DNA of 64,000 nucleotides from an uncultured Desulfosarcina sp. Lineage in GTDB: Bacteria > Desulfobacterota > Desulfobacteria > Desulfobacterales > Desulfosarcinaceae. A program made the position numbers and the translations under genes. The notes under the pieces are model-generated. The model ran no database searches and was not told the origin of the DNA. It saw only the letters and a program-made list of their open reading frames with translations. Positions 39,029 to 48,491 of the stretch are shown piece by piece (within the stretch, counting starts at the first letter, position 1; each line of letters begins with the position of its first letter). The stretch spans positions 1,792,001 to 1,856,000 of the forward strand of contig CAXXWQ010000004.1 of NCBI GenBank assembly GCA_963674945.2, read 5' to 3'.

Positions 39029-39089
39029 GCCCAAAATGACACTGGTGGAGACGACGAGGACCATGCCGTCTTACAGTTTGTCGTTTGCC
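39029..39089 (+). other. degenerate attC-like site
   Basis: GCCCAAA-5nt-ACTGGTGG-AGACG...CGTC-TTACAGT-5nt-GTTTGCC. Confidence 0.55.
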
Positions 39090-39109
39090 ATAAAAATGGA
39101 CCCAAAAAC

Positions 39110-39220
39110 ACCGTCAAACAATCTTTGACGTCACCCCCAAAAATCCCCTTGTAAACCAAACGTCAAGCATCGTAAAAAAGACTTATGTCAATTTCAGGCC
39201 CTTAGTTATGTCACCCCCCA
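39110..39220. repeat. repressor-side terminus of copy 2
   Basis: TGTCA boxes at 39186 and 39209, ends CCCCCA; homologous to 15790-15900. Confidence 0.85.
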
Positions 39221-39226
39221 TCAGGA
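39221..39226. repeat. target-site duplication TCAGGA (right copy)
   Basis: Same as 15901-15906. Confidence 0.75.
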
Positions 39227-39349
39227 ACGATACGTAGATCAATTGGAATGCATCATGGAATATGCTTTACAGAAAGGCACAAATTCCATAATCTGTTGCC
39301 GACTCATAAAAAATTGCATTATCCCGTCGAAGATACAAAGGAGCGTGTG

Positions 39350-39646
39350 TTGGCGAAAAAAGGCAATCTGCTGGCAAAACTATACGGCGTCGTGGCATTC
39401 GGACTGATGGCCGTGGGTTTCATTGGTTTGTTCAGCCAGAAATTGGGATGGAGAATTCCCATCTTGTCGACGCACATCCTTCCGGCCCTTCATCGCCATG
39501 CCGTGTGGGGGGAAACATTGCGGGGTCGTGCCATCTTATTGGGCGGCGGGGAGTGGTTTTTTCTGATCATGGTCGGCCTCGTGATCTTCGCCGGCCTATT
39601 CACCGCCATACTGCACAAGCTGATTAAATCCATTGATTTAAAGTAA
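39350..39646 (+). CDS. small membrane protein
   Basis: AAGGAG RBS, TTG start, two hydrophobic helices. Confidence 0.6.
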   Translation: MAKKGNLLAKLYGVVAFGLMAVGFIGLFSQKLGWRIPILSTHILPALHRHAVWGETLRGRAILLGGGEWFFLIMVGLVIFAGLFTAILHKLIKSIDLK

Positions 39647-39723
39647 AAATCTGGGAATAGATGGCTCAGATTTTGATAACTCCCTTTTGAAAAGAGGGGT
39701 TTTCTATCATAAGAACCCACAGT

Positions 39724-39940
39724 AGTCAGAAGCCAGAATTCAGGAGTCAGAACGACTGGTTGTCGCTTTGCTCCCGGAAAAATTCCAAATTACAAGCACC
39801 AAACAAATTCCAACGATCAAATCACAAACGGCAAACAAACCTCGATCTGAAAATTCTATATTCACGGTTGGGTTGTTTGGAATTTGAAAAATTGTTTATT
39901 GGGATTTATTTGTGATTTGGAATTTGATTATTGGGATTTT
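39724..39940. repeat. heptamer-periodic inverted repeat element
   Basis: AGTCAGA AGCCAGA ATTCAGG AGTCAGA, then AATTCCA AATTACA AGCACCA... mirrored by ...TTTGGAA TTTGATT ATTGGGA. Confidence 0.65.
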
Positions 39941-39954
39941 ATCTGACGAATCCG

Positions 39955-40419
39955 TCAAGCATCCTCGGGAATCAGTACCATTAGCACCTCCCCCCTGGCC
40001 CGGATCTTCCCATCTGCGGAAAGCGAGACATCCACCATCGTCTTTCTCCCTTCACGTTCCCGCACCTTTGCCCTGACTTCCAGTACCGTATCCACCGGTG
40101 TCGGCGCCAGGTAGTCGACTTTCAAAGAGGCGGTAACATATCGGGGCAGGGGCTGCCCCTCTCCTTCACGGCCTTCACTTCGAACCTTGTCGGCCGATGC
40201 GGTTCCGGCGGCGTGACAGTCCATCAACGAGGCAATCAATCCGCCATAAAGATAGTCGGGAAAACCGCCGGTATGATAGGTACGCGGGGTGAAGTGACAC
40301 ACACTCTCTTCTCCATCCCAGTAGCTTTTGATTTGAAGACCATGCTCGTTGAGCCGACCACAACCATAACAATGGGCGTAATTGTCCGGGTAGCGATCCT
40401 GAAATGGTGTCGATGCCAT
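39955..40419 (-). CDS. PaaI/hotdog-fold thioesterase
   Basis: CYGCGRLNEHGL, YGGLIASLMDCH, VTASLKVDYLAPTP. Confidence 0.9.
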   Translation of the reverse strand: MASTPFQDRYPDNYAHCYGCGRLNEHGLQIKSYWDGEESVCHFTPRTYHTGGFPDYLYGGLIASLMDCHAAGTASADKVRSEGREGEGQPLPRYVTASLKVDYLAPTPVDTVLEVRAKVREREGRKTMVDVSLSADGKIRARGEVLMVLIPEDA

Positions 40420-40689
40420 CTTTGCATCCTTTTCTTCTTACAAACGCCTTATTATGTCCTGACGTCTAAGGAAATCATTCATCAATACAAATTTGTGCTC
40501 ATATAGAAATGACCAATTTGCCCGATACCGGCCTTGATCTCGACCCAATTTTCCTATTTCTGAATAGACACAAATGAAAAAAGACTTTTTTTGTAAAAAG
40601 CTTTTCCCATTCAACTCATCGGCAAAACAATGGAAAAATGAGTTCCTGAATATATCGTTGTTTGGCCATACTTGGCCGGGAAAAGCTTT

Positions 40690-42423
40690 TTATCCACGAA
40701 TCACCCGGGGCGTCAGCATCTGGTGATGGGGACAGATGGATTTTGGATTCTGGTAAGCACAACCGGCGAAGGCCACAAGATAGCGTCGGATGTCGGACAT
40801 GGTGACAACCTCGTCCACAAAACCTTTTCTCGCACAGTATTCAGGCCGGGAATTGTCATGGTAGGACTTGGCCATGTCGTTCATCTTGTCGATTATGGGT
40901 TGAAGCGGTTTTCCGGCGTTCTTCTCCTTCACCAACCGCCGGGAGAAGCTGGCCGCGGCAGCCGTCTCACCATGCATCACATAGATCTCCGTCGTCGGCA
41001 CACCCAGGGTCAATGCGTTTTGCCGGTTGGCCACAGGCCCGCCCATCACATAGTGAGCGGCGGCCGTCCCCTTGCGAAGCACGACCAGCAGCTGGGGGAC
41101 GTCGGTGGCCTGTATGGAGTAGATCAAGGACTGCCCCAGTCCAAGCAATTCCGCTTTCTCGGCGATATCCCCCACGTCGATACCGGTGGTATCCTGAAAC
41201 CAGACGATGGGTACCCGGTCGCGGCCGCAAAGGGTGACGAACTCGTTCATTTTAATCAAACCCTGCCGGTAGAGTTTCCCGCCGATGCCGGGATAATCGG
41301 CATATTCGGGGTAGTCCTCCCCCAGCCACCCCTGGCGGTTGCCGATCACCCCCATGAGAAATCCATCGATCTTCACCAGGCCGGCGTAAATCTCGGGCCC
41401 GTAATCGGGTTTGAACTCGAGATGCTGGCTGCCGTCCACGATACGCGCCAGGACCTGATCGAAATCGTACATCTGCTTCTGGTTGAAGGGAACGAGGCGG
41501 TAGAGGTCTTCGGACGGAAAAAGCGGTGCTTTGGATTCGGCCACGCGGAAGAATTCGGGGCCGTATGCCGGCATATTCTTCATGTAGGCCTTTATGGCAT
41601 CGATCACCTGGGTCTCTTCATCATAGACATGCCGGAAAAAGCCGGTGTGATCGTGGTGAACATCCGGCGCTCCCGGTGGTTTGGCCTTGTACTGGGTCGC
41701 CGCATGAATCAGGGCTTCGGCGCCTTCCAGGTCGAAGAATCCCTTTGGGGACATGCCGCTCAAAATGCCCCCACCTCCAACGGCCATGTTGCAATCCTTA
41801 TGGGCAAATAGAATCGTCGGACTGATGGCCTGGTAGCCGCCGCCCGCCGGATTGGTTCCGTAAATGGCGGCCAATATGGGGACACCGGCCTGATTCAGCT
41901 CCGCGTGGCGAAAAAACGTAGTGCCGCCGCCACGGCGATTGGCGTAAAACTTCTCCTGCTCCGGCAATTTCACCCCGGAACACTGGACCAGCCATATCAA
42001 TGGAATATTCAGTCGCTTGGAGAGGTCTGTGACACGCAGAATGTTCTCGTATTGGCCGGGCAGCCAGGCGCCGGCCATCACCTTGTTGTCGAATCCGATG
42101 ACAACGGCCCATTTTCCGGAGATCTTTCCGATGCCGTCCACAACGTTCGTGGTTCCCTCCGGGTTCTCTTCCGGATTGTACAGGGTATGAAGAGGATGCC
42201 ATGTGCCGGGATCGACGAGGTGGTTCAATCGTTGCCAGACGGTCAACTGCCCCCGGGCATTGATCTTTTCTTCCGAAAAACCAGCCGCCTGGACGTCATC
42301 CCCAGCCCGTTTCAGCCGATCTTCCACCTCTTTGATTTGTTCGACATTGGCCTCCGCGCTTTTTACCTGTCCCGCATTCATCTCCTGTCCGAAGACCGGC
42401 ATATTTTCAAAATACGGTTTCAT
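40690..42423 (-). CDS. gcdA: glutaconyl-CoA decarboxylase alpha subunit (carboxyltransferase)
   Basis: PYFENMP N-terminus, CSGVKLPEQ, GTNPAGGGY, GKLYRQGLIKMNEF, HHQMLTPR. Confidence 0.8.
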   Translation of the reverse strand: MKPYFENMPVFGQEMNAGQVKSAEANVEQIKEVEDRLKRAGDDVQAAGFSEEKINARGQLTVWQRLNHLVDPGTWHPLHTLYNPEENPEGTTNVVDGIGKISGKWAVVIGFDNKVMAGAWLPGQYENILRVTDLSKRLNIPLIWLVQCSGVKLPEQEKFYANRRGGGTTFFRHAELNQAGVPILAAIYGTNPAGGGYQAISPTILFAHKDCNMAVGGGGILSGMSPKGFFDLEGAEALIHAATQYKAKPPGAPDVHHDHTGFFRHVYDEETQVIDAIKAYMKNMPAYGPEFFRVAESKAPLFPSEDLYRLVPFNQKQMYDFDQVLARIVDGSQHLEFKPDYGPEIYAGLVKIDGFLMGVIGNRQGWLGEDYPEYADYPGIGGKLYRQGLIKMNEFVTLCGRDRVPIVWFQDTTGIDVGDIAEKAELLGLGQSLIYSIQATDVPQLLVVLRKGTAAAHYVMGGPVANRQNALTLGVPTTEIYVMHGETAAAASFSRRLVKEKNAGKPLQPIIDKMNDMAKSYHDNSRPEYCARKGFVDEVVTMSDIRRYLVAFAGCAYQNPKSICPHHQMLTPRVIRG

Positions 42424-42461
42424 GGCACCTCCCAATCATCGATGGTTCATCATCTGGCCGC

Positions 42462-42854
42462 CTAATCATCCTTGGACCATAGGCCTTTTTCCAATAGCAC
42501 CTCCCGAAGCACCTTCAAAGCGGTGTTGACAGCTGGGACACCACCATAGGCCAAGGTCTGAAAAATCACCTCAGCGATCTCTTCGGACGTGCAGCCCACA
42601 TTCAATGCCGCTTGAATGTGAAGCTTGAGCTCATCTTTGTATCCCAGAACCGTAAGTGCCGCAACCGTAACCAGTTGCCGCGTGGGATGGGAGATTTTCT
42701 CCCTGCCATACAATCGCCCGGTGATGAACAAAGAAAGCTCCTTTCCCAATTCAGGGTCAAAAGCACACCACAGGTCATAGGGTTTCTCTTCGGTAACCCC
42801 TTTGAAGTAGAGCGCTGCGGTTTCCCGGGTCTTTTTTTTGAGATCTTTGTCCAT
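42462..42854 (-). CDS. carboxymuconolactone decarboxylase family protein
   Basis: RQLVTVAAL...ELKLHIQAALNVG...YGGVP. Confidence 0.85.
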   Translation of the reverse strand: MDKDLKKKTRETAALYFKGVTEEKPYDLWCAFDPELGKELSLFITGRLYGREKISHPTRQLVTVAALTVLGYKDELKLHIQAALNVGCTSEEIAEVIFQTLAYGGVPAVNTALKVLREVLLEKGLWSKDD

Positions 42855-42953
42855 TGCAGAATCTCCAACATTGGTAGGTCAATCTTGAGATGTCGGACCG
42901 CCGACCGGTCAGCGATAAAGATGATGTGAAATGGCGGTTCGTATGACCTGACT

Positions 42954-43088
42954 TAAGCGATTAGCTATTAGCGGTTAGCCATTATCAAAATGATTTCAAA
43001 AAATTACTGAAGTTATGCATATAACCCAACGGGTTGTAATTGAAATCGATAACTGCCCGACATATGAAAGCTAACAGCTAACTGCTCA
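42954..43088. repeat. heptamer-periodic inverted repeat element
   Basis: TAAGCGA TTAGCTA TTAGCGG TTAGCCA ... TGAAAGC TAACAGC TAACTGC. Confidence 0.65.
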
Positions 43089-43144
43089 CCTTGAGTATGA
43101 TGTGACTTGTTCTGGAATCGCGACAGTGTTTTTTCCGGGCAAAG

Positions 43145-43858
43145 TCATCCGCCCAGATAGGCGGCTTTTACTTTCGGGTCATCGAGCAATTGCTTCGCAG
43201 GACCTTCCAAAACAACCCTGCCGGTTTCCAATACGTACCCGAAACTGGCGATCTGGAGTGCGGCACGCGCGTTCTGTTCAACCAGCAAAATGGTCATGCC
43301 GCGGCTGTTGAGTTCTTCTATGGTGCCGAGAATATCCCGTACGACAATCGGAGCCAGCCCCATGGAGGGTTCGTCCAGCAACAGTAATTTGGGCCGGGTC
43401 ATCAGTGCCCTGCCGATGGCCAGCATCTGCTGTTCACCGCCGGAAAGCGTACCGGCGATCTGTTTGGCCCGCCGGCCCAAGATGGGGAACATGTCGTACA
43501 CCTGATCTATGCGGTCTTTTATCTCTGCCCTGTTGCGTCGTTTGAAGTAAAGGTATGCGCCAAGTTGAATGTTATCCGCCACGGACATATGGCCGAAAAT
43601 CTGTCGCCCTTCGGCCACCTGGGACAGTCCCAGAGCGACGATTCGGTCGGCCCGCATGTCGGCGATATCTCTGCCGTCGAACACAATCCGGCCGCTCTTG
43701 TTTTTGAGCAATCCGGAGATGGCCTTTAAAAGCGTTGATTTTCCGGCGCCATTGGCACCGATAATGGAGACCACATTTCCGTCCGGCACCTTGATGGAGA
43801 CCTCTTTGATCGCCTGAATGGCGCCGTACCCGGCACTAAATTTCTTTATTTCAAGCAT
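43145..43858 (-). CDS. branched-chain amino acid ABC transporter ATPase (LivF-like)
   Basis: GANGAGKST, LSGGEQQMLAIGR, LDEPSMGLAP. Confidence 0.92.
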   Translation of the reverse strand: MLEIKKFSAGYGAIQAIKEVSIKVPDGNVVSIIGANGAGKSTLLKAISGLLKNKSGRIVFDGRDIADMRADRIVALGLSQVAEGRQIFGHMSVADNIQLGAYLYFKRRNRAEIKDRIDQVYDMFPILGRRAKQIAGTLSGGEQQMLAIGRALMTRPKLLLLDEPSMGLAPIVVRDILGTIEELNSRGMTILLVEQNARAALQIASFGYVLETGRVVLEGPAKQLLDDPKVKAAYLGG

Positions 43859-43965
43859 CGTTCTTTTTGGATTGTAACCTGCATAGCAATGCATGGCAAG
43901 GCTAAGGCATTGATACTGGTCCTACCGGCCCGCATGCGGCAATTGTTCACGGTCAAAGGAGAATT

Positions 43966-44751
43966 TCAGCTCTTGCTCTCCCCCAAATAGGCCTCGATGA
44001 CCTTAGGGTTGTTCTGTATTTCCGAAGGCGTTCCTTCGGCGATCTTTTCACCGTAGTTGATCACAGCGATCTCTTCGGAGATATTCATGATCATCTTCAT
44101 GTCATGTTCCACCAGCAACACGGTAATGCCTCGTTCTTTGATCGACCGTATCAGGCTGGCTGCCGCCTCTGTCTCTGTTTCGTTCAGGCCGGCGGCCGGT
44201 TCATCCAGGCAAACCAATTGCGGATCGGTGGCCAGGGCACGACCGATTTCAAGAATTTTTCGTTCCCCCAGCGGCAGACTGTTGGCCATATCATGGCTTT
44301 TGGCGACCAATCCGATGAATTCAAGCAGTTCCATAGCTTCGGATTGCAGCGCCTTCTCCTGCCGTCGCATATGGGGCAGACACAGCCCGCCGCCCAGAAA
44401 CGAGCGGTTGATACGCAGGTGGCGTCCCACCATCACATTTTCGAGGACTGTCATGTTATCGAACAGCTCGACGGTCTGAAAAGACCGCGATATCCCTAAG
44501 GCTGCGATTTCATGGGGTTTCAATCCACTGATCACTTTTCCATTCAGGCTGACCTGCCCTTCGGTCGGGGGAAAGACACCGGTGATGATGTTGAACAGGG
44601 TCGTCTTCCCGGCACCGTTGGGACCGATAACGGCCTTGATGGTTCCTCTGGCGACCTGCAGGTTGATGTTCATCAGCGCCGTCAGACCGCCGAAGGTCAT
44701 GACCAGCTCCTCGATCTCCAACAAAGCCGGTTCGCTCTGACGGATGGTCAT
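43966..44751 (-). CDS. branched-chain amino acid ABC transporter ATPase (LivG-like)
   Basis: GPNGAGKTT, LDEPAAG, VIEAYLG. Confidence 0.92.
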   Translation of the reverse strand: MTIRQSEPALLEIEELVMTFGGLTALMNINLQVARGTIKAVIGPNGAGKTTLFNIITGVFPPTEGQVSLNGKVISGLKPHEIAALGISRSFQTVELFDNMTVLENVMVGRHLRINRSFLGGGLCLPHMRRQEKALQSEAMELLEFIGLVAKSHDMANSLPLGERKILEIGRALATDPQLVCLDEPAAGLNETETEAAASLIRSIKERGITVLLVEHDMKMIMNISEEIAVINYGEKIAEGTPSEIQNNPKVIEAYLGESKS

Positions 44752-44754
44752 CGC

Positions 44755-45708
44755 CTACCTCCTCAATCGCGAAAAAAGCTTGCCCGGAACACTGACCAAG
44801 CCTTCGGGAAGAAAGATGGTGACCAAGAGTAGCACGAGCCCGTAGACAATCACTTCGAACTCTTCGAAATGGTGCAACCATTCGAAGCTGAGAAAGGCGA
44901 TCAGAATGGCGCCGATCACGGCGCCCCAGACATTGTGCATCCCCCCCAGTGCGATCATGATGAGCAACTTGATGGAGAAGAAAAGATCGAAGGTAGAGGG
45001 ACTGATAAAGTTCATATAGTGCGCATACAGGCTGCCGGCCAACGATGCGAGCGCCGCGGAGAAGGCAAATACCATCACCTTGTATCTGGAAATATTGATG
45101 CCCATGGCACCTGCGGCCGAATCGCTGACGTGAATCGCACGCAGGGCGCGACCGGCCGGTGACTGGATCAGATTGACGGTAAAAAGAAAGGCAGCTGCAA
45201 CGATCGCCCAGACAAGGTAGTAGTATTTATTTATCGTATCTAAGGGGTGGCCGAAAAACGTCAGACCGGGAATGCCGATCATACCGTCCGGCCCGCCTGT
45301 CCATTGCATCTCCTCCCTGAAAACGATATTGACGATGATACCGAATGCCAAGGTGGCCATGGCGAGATAGTGCCCCCGCAGCCGCAGGGACGGCATGCCG
45401 ACGGCAACGGCAACCGCCGCGGCCACGGCCGCGGCGATGATCATGCAAAACCAGGGATTCCATCCGTACCGACTGGTCAGGATGCCCGACACGTAGGCGC
45501 CGATGCCGTAAAAGGCGGCGTGACCCAAGGAAATCTGTCCGGCGTACCCCATCAGCAGACTCAGGCCGATGGTGATCAGGCAGTAGATACCGGCAAAGAT
45601 CATCAGATCCGGATAGTGTTCGATGGCCGGAATGTGGGCGGATATCCATGGAAAAAGCAGGATGAACAGCACCCCGCCGGCCATGGGCGCTTTGCGAAAC
45701 GTCAGCAT
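44755..45708 (-). CDS. ABC transporter permease (LivM-like)
   Basis: GYAGQISLGHAAFYGIGAY, LRLRGHYLAMATL. Confidence 0.92.
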   Translation of the reverse strand: MLTFRKAPMAGGVLFILLFPWISAHIPAIEHYPDLMIFAGIYCLITIGLSLLMGYAGQISLGHAAFYGIGAYVSGILTSRYGWNPWFCMIIAAAVAAAVAVAVGMPSLRLRGHYLAMATLAFGIIVNIVFREEMQWTGGPDGMIGIPGLTFFGHPLDTINKYYYLVWAIVAAAFLFTVNLIQSPAGRALRAIHVSDSAAGAMGINISRYKVMVFAFSAALASLAGSLYAHYMNFISPSTFDLFFSIKLLIMIALGGMHNVWGAVIGAILIAFLSFEWLHHFEEFEVIVYGLVLLLVTIFLPEGLVSVPGKLFSRLRR

Positions 45709-45710
45709 CG

Positions 45711-46613
45711 TTAAAACCTTTTGAACTTGGTTACTTCCAAATTTCCCAAAATACCGCTGGGTCGGACAAACAGGACGGCCAGCAGTACAATCAGCGCATA
45801 GGCGTCTTTATATCCGGAAAGCATCAGACCGGCGCCCAGAGACTCAATCAGGCCCAGGATCAAGCCGCCGACAATGGCTCCGGGAAAACTTCCCAAGCCG
45901 CCGAGGATTGCCGCACCGAACCCCTTGACCGCCAACATGGCACCCCGGTCATAATCCATCAATGCGATGGGGGTCATGGTGATACCGGCGATGGCACCGA
46001 TGGCCGCGGAAAGGGCGAAACTGAGCATCACCATCCACCGGACATTGATACCGACCAGTCTGGCCGCATCGGGATTGTCGGCGCAGGCGTTCATTGCCTT
46101 GCCCATGATCGTGCGGTTAAAGAAAAACGTCAGGGCCAGGGCAACCAGGATCAGGAAGCCCACCACCCAAAGCGACTGCGGCTGTATCACCACGCCGCCG
46201 ATATCGATGGGTTCCCGGCCGGAAAAGGCCGGCAGATCGTAAGGGTCTTTTCCCCATACCACCATGGCGATGCCCTTGATAATGATGGAGGCGGCGACCG
46301 TGGCAATGATCAACGTCATGACCGACGGCTGCCGGATGGGACCGATGGCCAACCGGTCAAGCAGTATGCCGGCCACCGTGACAATGGCCATGGTGCCAAT
46401 AAAAGCGACAGGCAACCATAAACCGAGATAGACATGCAGGAAAACCATGATGAGGCCCCCAAGCATCACAAATTCACCTTGGGCCAGATTGATGATCTCG
46501 GTCACGTTATAAATGATATTAAAACCGATGGCGACCATGGAATAGATGGCGCCGACGGTCATCCCGGTGACGATGAATTGCAGCACCTGGTTGGTAAGGG
46601 TTATGGATTCCAT
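45711..46613 (-). CDS. ABC transporter permease (LivH-like)
   Basis: INLAQGEFVMLG, KGFGAAILGGLGS. Confidence 0.92.
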   Translation of the reverse strand: MESITLTNQVLQFIVTGMTVGAIYSMVAIGFNIIYNVTEIINLAQGEFVMLGGLIMVFLHVYLGLWLPVAFIGTMAIVTVAGILLDRLAIGPIRQPSVMTLIIATVAASIIIKGIAMVVWGKDPYDLPAFSGREPIDIGGVVIQPQSLWVVGFLILVALALTFFFNRTIMGKAMNACADNPDAARLVGINVRWMVMLSFALSAAIGAIAGITMTPIALMDYDRGAMLAVKGFGAAILGGLGSFPGAIVGGLILGLIESLGAGLMLSGYKDAYALIVLLAVLFVRPSGILGNLEVTKFKRF

Positions 46614-46630
46614 TTGTGTTAAGGTGAAAG

Positions 46631-46661
46631 CAAGGGTGGCGAAACATTTCCGCCACCCTTG
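46631..46661. terminator. intergenic hairpin after substrate-binding gene
   Basis: CAAGGGTGGCG-aaacatttc-CGCCACCCTTG. Confidence 0.65.
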
Positions 46662-46709
46662 TTTGTCATCGTTCTCCCGTTTGTCGTCAGTGTGCCGAAT
46701 TTACGTCAA

Positions 46710-47867
46710 CTAATCAGCCAGGGCCCAATCGCCGTCTTTCACGACCACCATCTGAAAAGACTCCTTGGTCAGACCATTGTGATCGTCGGCCGAGAAGTTG
46801 AAGACACCATGCTGTCCGACAAAGTTCTTTTTGTTTTCCAGATAATCGCGGATTTTGGCCTTGTCGGGCCCAACGGCCTTGATGGCATCGACCAGCAAAT
46901 AGAGGGCATCCCATGCGTGCCCGCCAAAGGAGCTAAGCTGCTCATTGTACTTGGCCATATAGGATTTCATGTAACCCATGGTGACCTGCTTCTGGGGATG
47001 ATCGGCAGGCAGGATTTCGGCGATATTGCATGCGCCCAAAGGACAATAGACGCCTTCGGCGGCACCGGCGGCCAGTTCGATGTTTTTCCGGCTGCCGAAA
47101 CCGTGGCTTTGATAGAAGGGAATTTTGTCCATACCCAGATCACGCCAGTTGCGTACCACCGTGACCTGGGTAGGGCCCACAGACCAGTTGATAATGGCCT
47201 GGGGCGCGAGTCCTTTGATCTTGGTCAACTGCGTGGTCATGTCCGTGTCCTTGGGATCGTATTTCTCATCGGCAAGGATCTCGATCTTATATTCCGGTGC
47301 CAGACGCAACAGTTCCTGACGACCACTGGCACCGAAACCATCCGTAACAGACATGATGGCGACTTTGCTGATTCCCTTCTTCTGCATTCGTGCATAAATG
47401 GCTTCCACTGCCAAGCTGTCCGACTGGGGAGTCTTGAAGATCCACGGATAGGGTTTTCCCGTCGCCTCGTTATGGACGATCTTGTAGCTTGCCGCACATG
47501 AAATGAGCGGGGTCTTGGACTTTTCGAACACCGGTATGACGGCAAGACTCAGACCGCTTGCTGTGGGGCCGATCACCGCAATCACCTTGTCCTGGTTGAT
47601 CAGCTTTTTGGCATACAGGTTACATTTCGTGGCATTCGTCTCGTCATCATAAACAATCAATTGAATCTTCTCACCGTTGATGCCGCCGGCCTCGTTTACC
47701 GCTTCCACCACCATTTCAGCGGTCTTCTTTTCCGGATCCCCCAAAAAGGATGCAGGGCCGGTAACCGAGAAGATCGCGCCGATTTTAATCTCCGCCAACG
47801 CCGGTTGGATGGAAAATCCGCAAACCACAATACAAGCCAGAAGAACAACTGCAACTCTTTTCACCAT
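46710..47867 (-). CDS. ABC transporter substrate-binding protein (LivK-like)
   Basis: Signal peptide, IKIGAIFSVTGPASFLG, VNEAGGING. Confidence 0.92.
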   Translation of the reverse strand: MVKRVAVVLLACIVVCGFSIQPALAEIKIGAIFSVTGPASFLGDPEKKTAEMVVEAVNEAGGINGEKIQLIVYDDETNATKCNLYAKKLINQDKVIAVIGPTASGLSLAVIPVFEKSKTPLISCAASYKIVHNEATGKPYPWIFKTPQSDSLAVEAIYARMQKKGISKVAIMSVTDGFGASGRQELLRLAPEYKIEILADEKYDPKDTDMTTQLTKIKGLAPQAIINWSVGPTQVTVVRNWRDLGMDKIPFYQSHGFGSRKNIELAAGAAEGVYCPLGACNIAEILPADHPQKQVTMGYMKSYMAKYNEQLSSFGGHAWDALYLLVDAIKAVGPDKAKIRDYLENKKNFVGQHGVFNFSADDHNGLTKESFQMVVVKDGDWALAD

Positions 47868-47981
47868 CGTAGACCTCCTTGATTGTCAATACAAGATGCC
47901 GCGCCGTTTTGTAACGGACGGCGCCATTACAATACCAAACCATAAGCTACCCAACTTTTCTCCCATTACAGACAAGCGGCA

Positions 47982-48491
47982 TTACTTATCCGCCGTATCG
48001 GCTCTTTTGCGAAGGGTTTCTTCAAAAACCTTGAAAAACCGGTTCCGATCCTTCCAACCGTACCCGAACCGTTTATCAAACAGATGGCCTAGTTTATGAA
48101 ACAGCTTGTCCCATACCGGTTTATTCCCGCCAAGCACAACATCGGCAAGATAGTCGTCCAATTCACTCATCTTCTCTTTGGGTAAAAAACTGACCGCTCC
48201 AAGACGAATGGATTGCTCGAGCACTTCAGGTGTCAGGGCATAGGCGGTCAGCATCACGGTGGGAAAGCCGCGTTTTACCGATATCTTCAATAACTCGAAA
48301 CCATCCACACCCATGATATCCAAAATGACGATATCATATGTAAAGCTCATGAGGTACTGGCGGGCTGTTTCGAAGTCACGGGCTTTCGTGACCAGGCAAC
48401 ATTCCAGAAGATCCTCTACCGTGTCGAGCACATCGGGCTCATCGTCCACAACCAGAACGACCTTGTCTTTGAGGATCTTTGCAGTATCCAT
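47982..48491 (-). CDS. response regulator receiver protein
   Basis: LVVDDEPD, LDIMGVDG, MLTAYA, FLPK. Confidence 0.9.
   Translation of the reverse strand: MDTAKILKDKVVLVVDDEPDVLDTVEDLLECCLVTKARDFETARQYLMSFTYDIVILDIMGVDGFELLKISVKRGFPTVMLTAYALTPEVLEQSIRLGAVSFLPKEKMSELDDYLADVVLGGNKPVWDKLFHKLGHLFDKRFGYGWKDRNRFFKVFEETLRKRADTADK

Larger units (their letters stand above)
15907..39220. mobile_element. Mu/B3-like prophage copy 2, late region deleted (mini-Mu-like)
   Basis: Imperfect terminal inverted repeats, flanking TCAGGA, intact transposase and ATPase ORFs, no virion genes; exact ends uncertain by 1 bp. Confidence 0.88.

Noticed and set aside
32090..39110. Complete integron
   Set aside because: No tyrosine recombinase gene or identifiable attI in the window; only attC-like sites.
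39724..43088. Heptamer repeats as CRISPR arrays or DGR repeats
   Set aside because: Units are 7 bp, degenerate, inverted and without spacers; no reverse transcriptase gene in the window.
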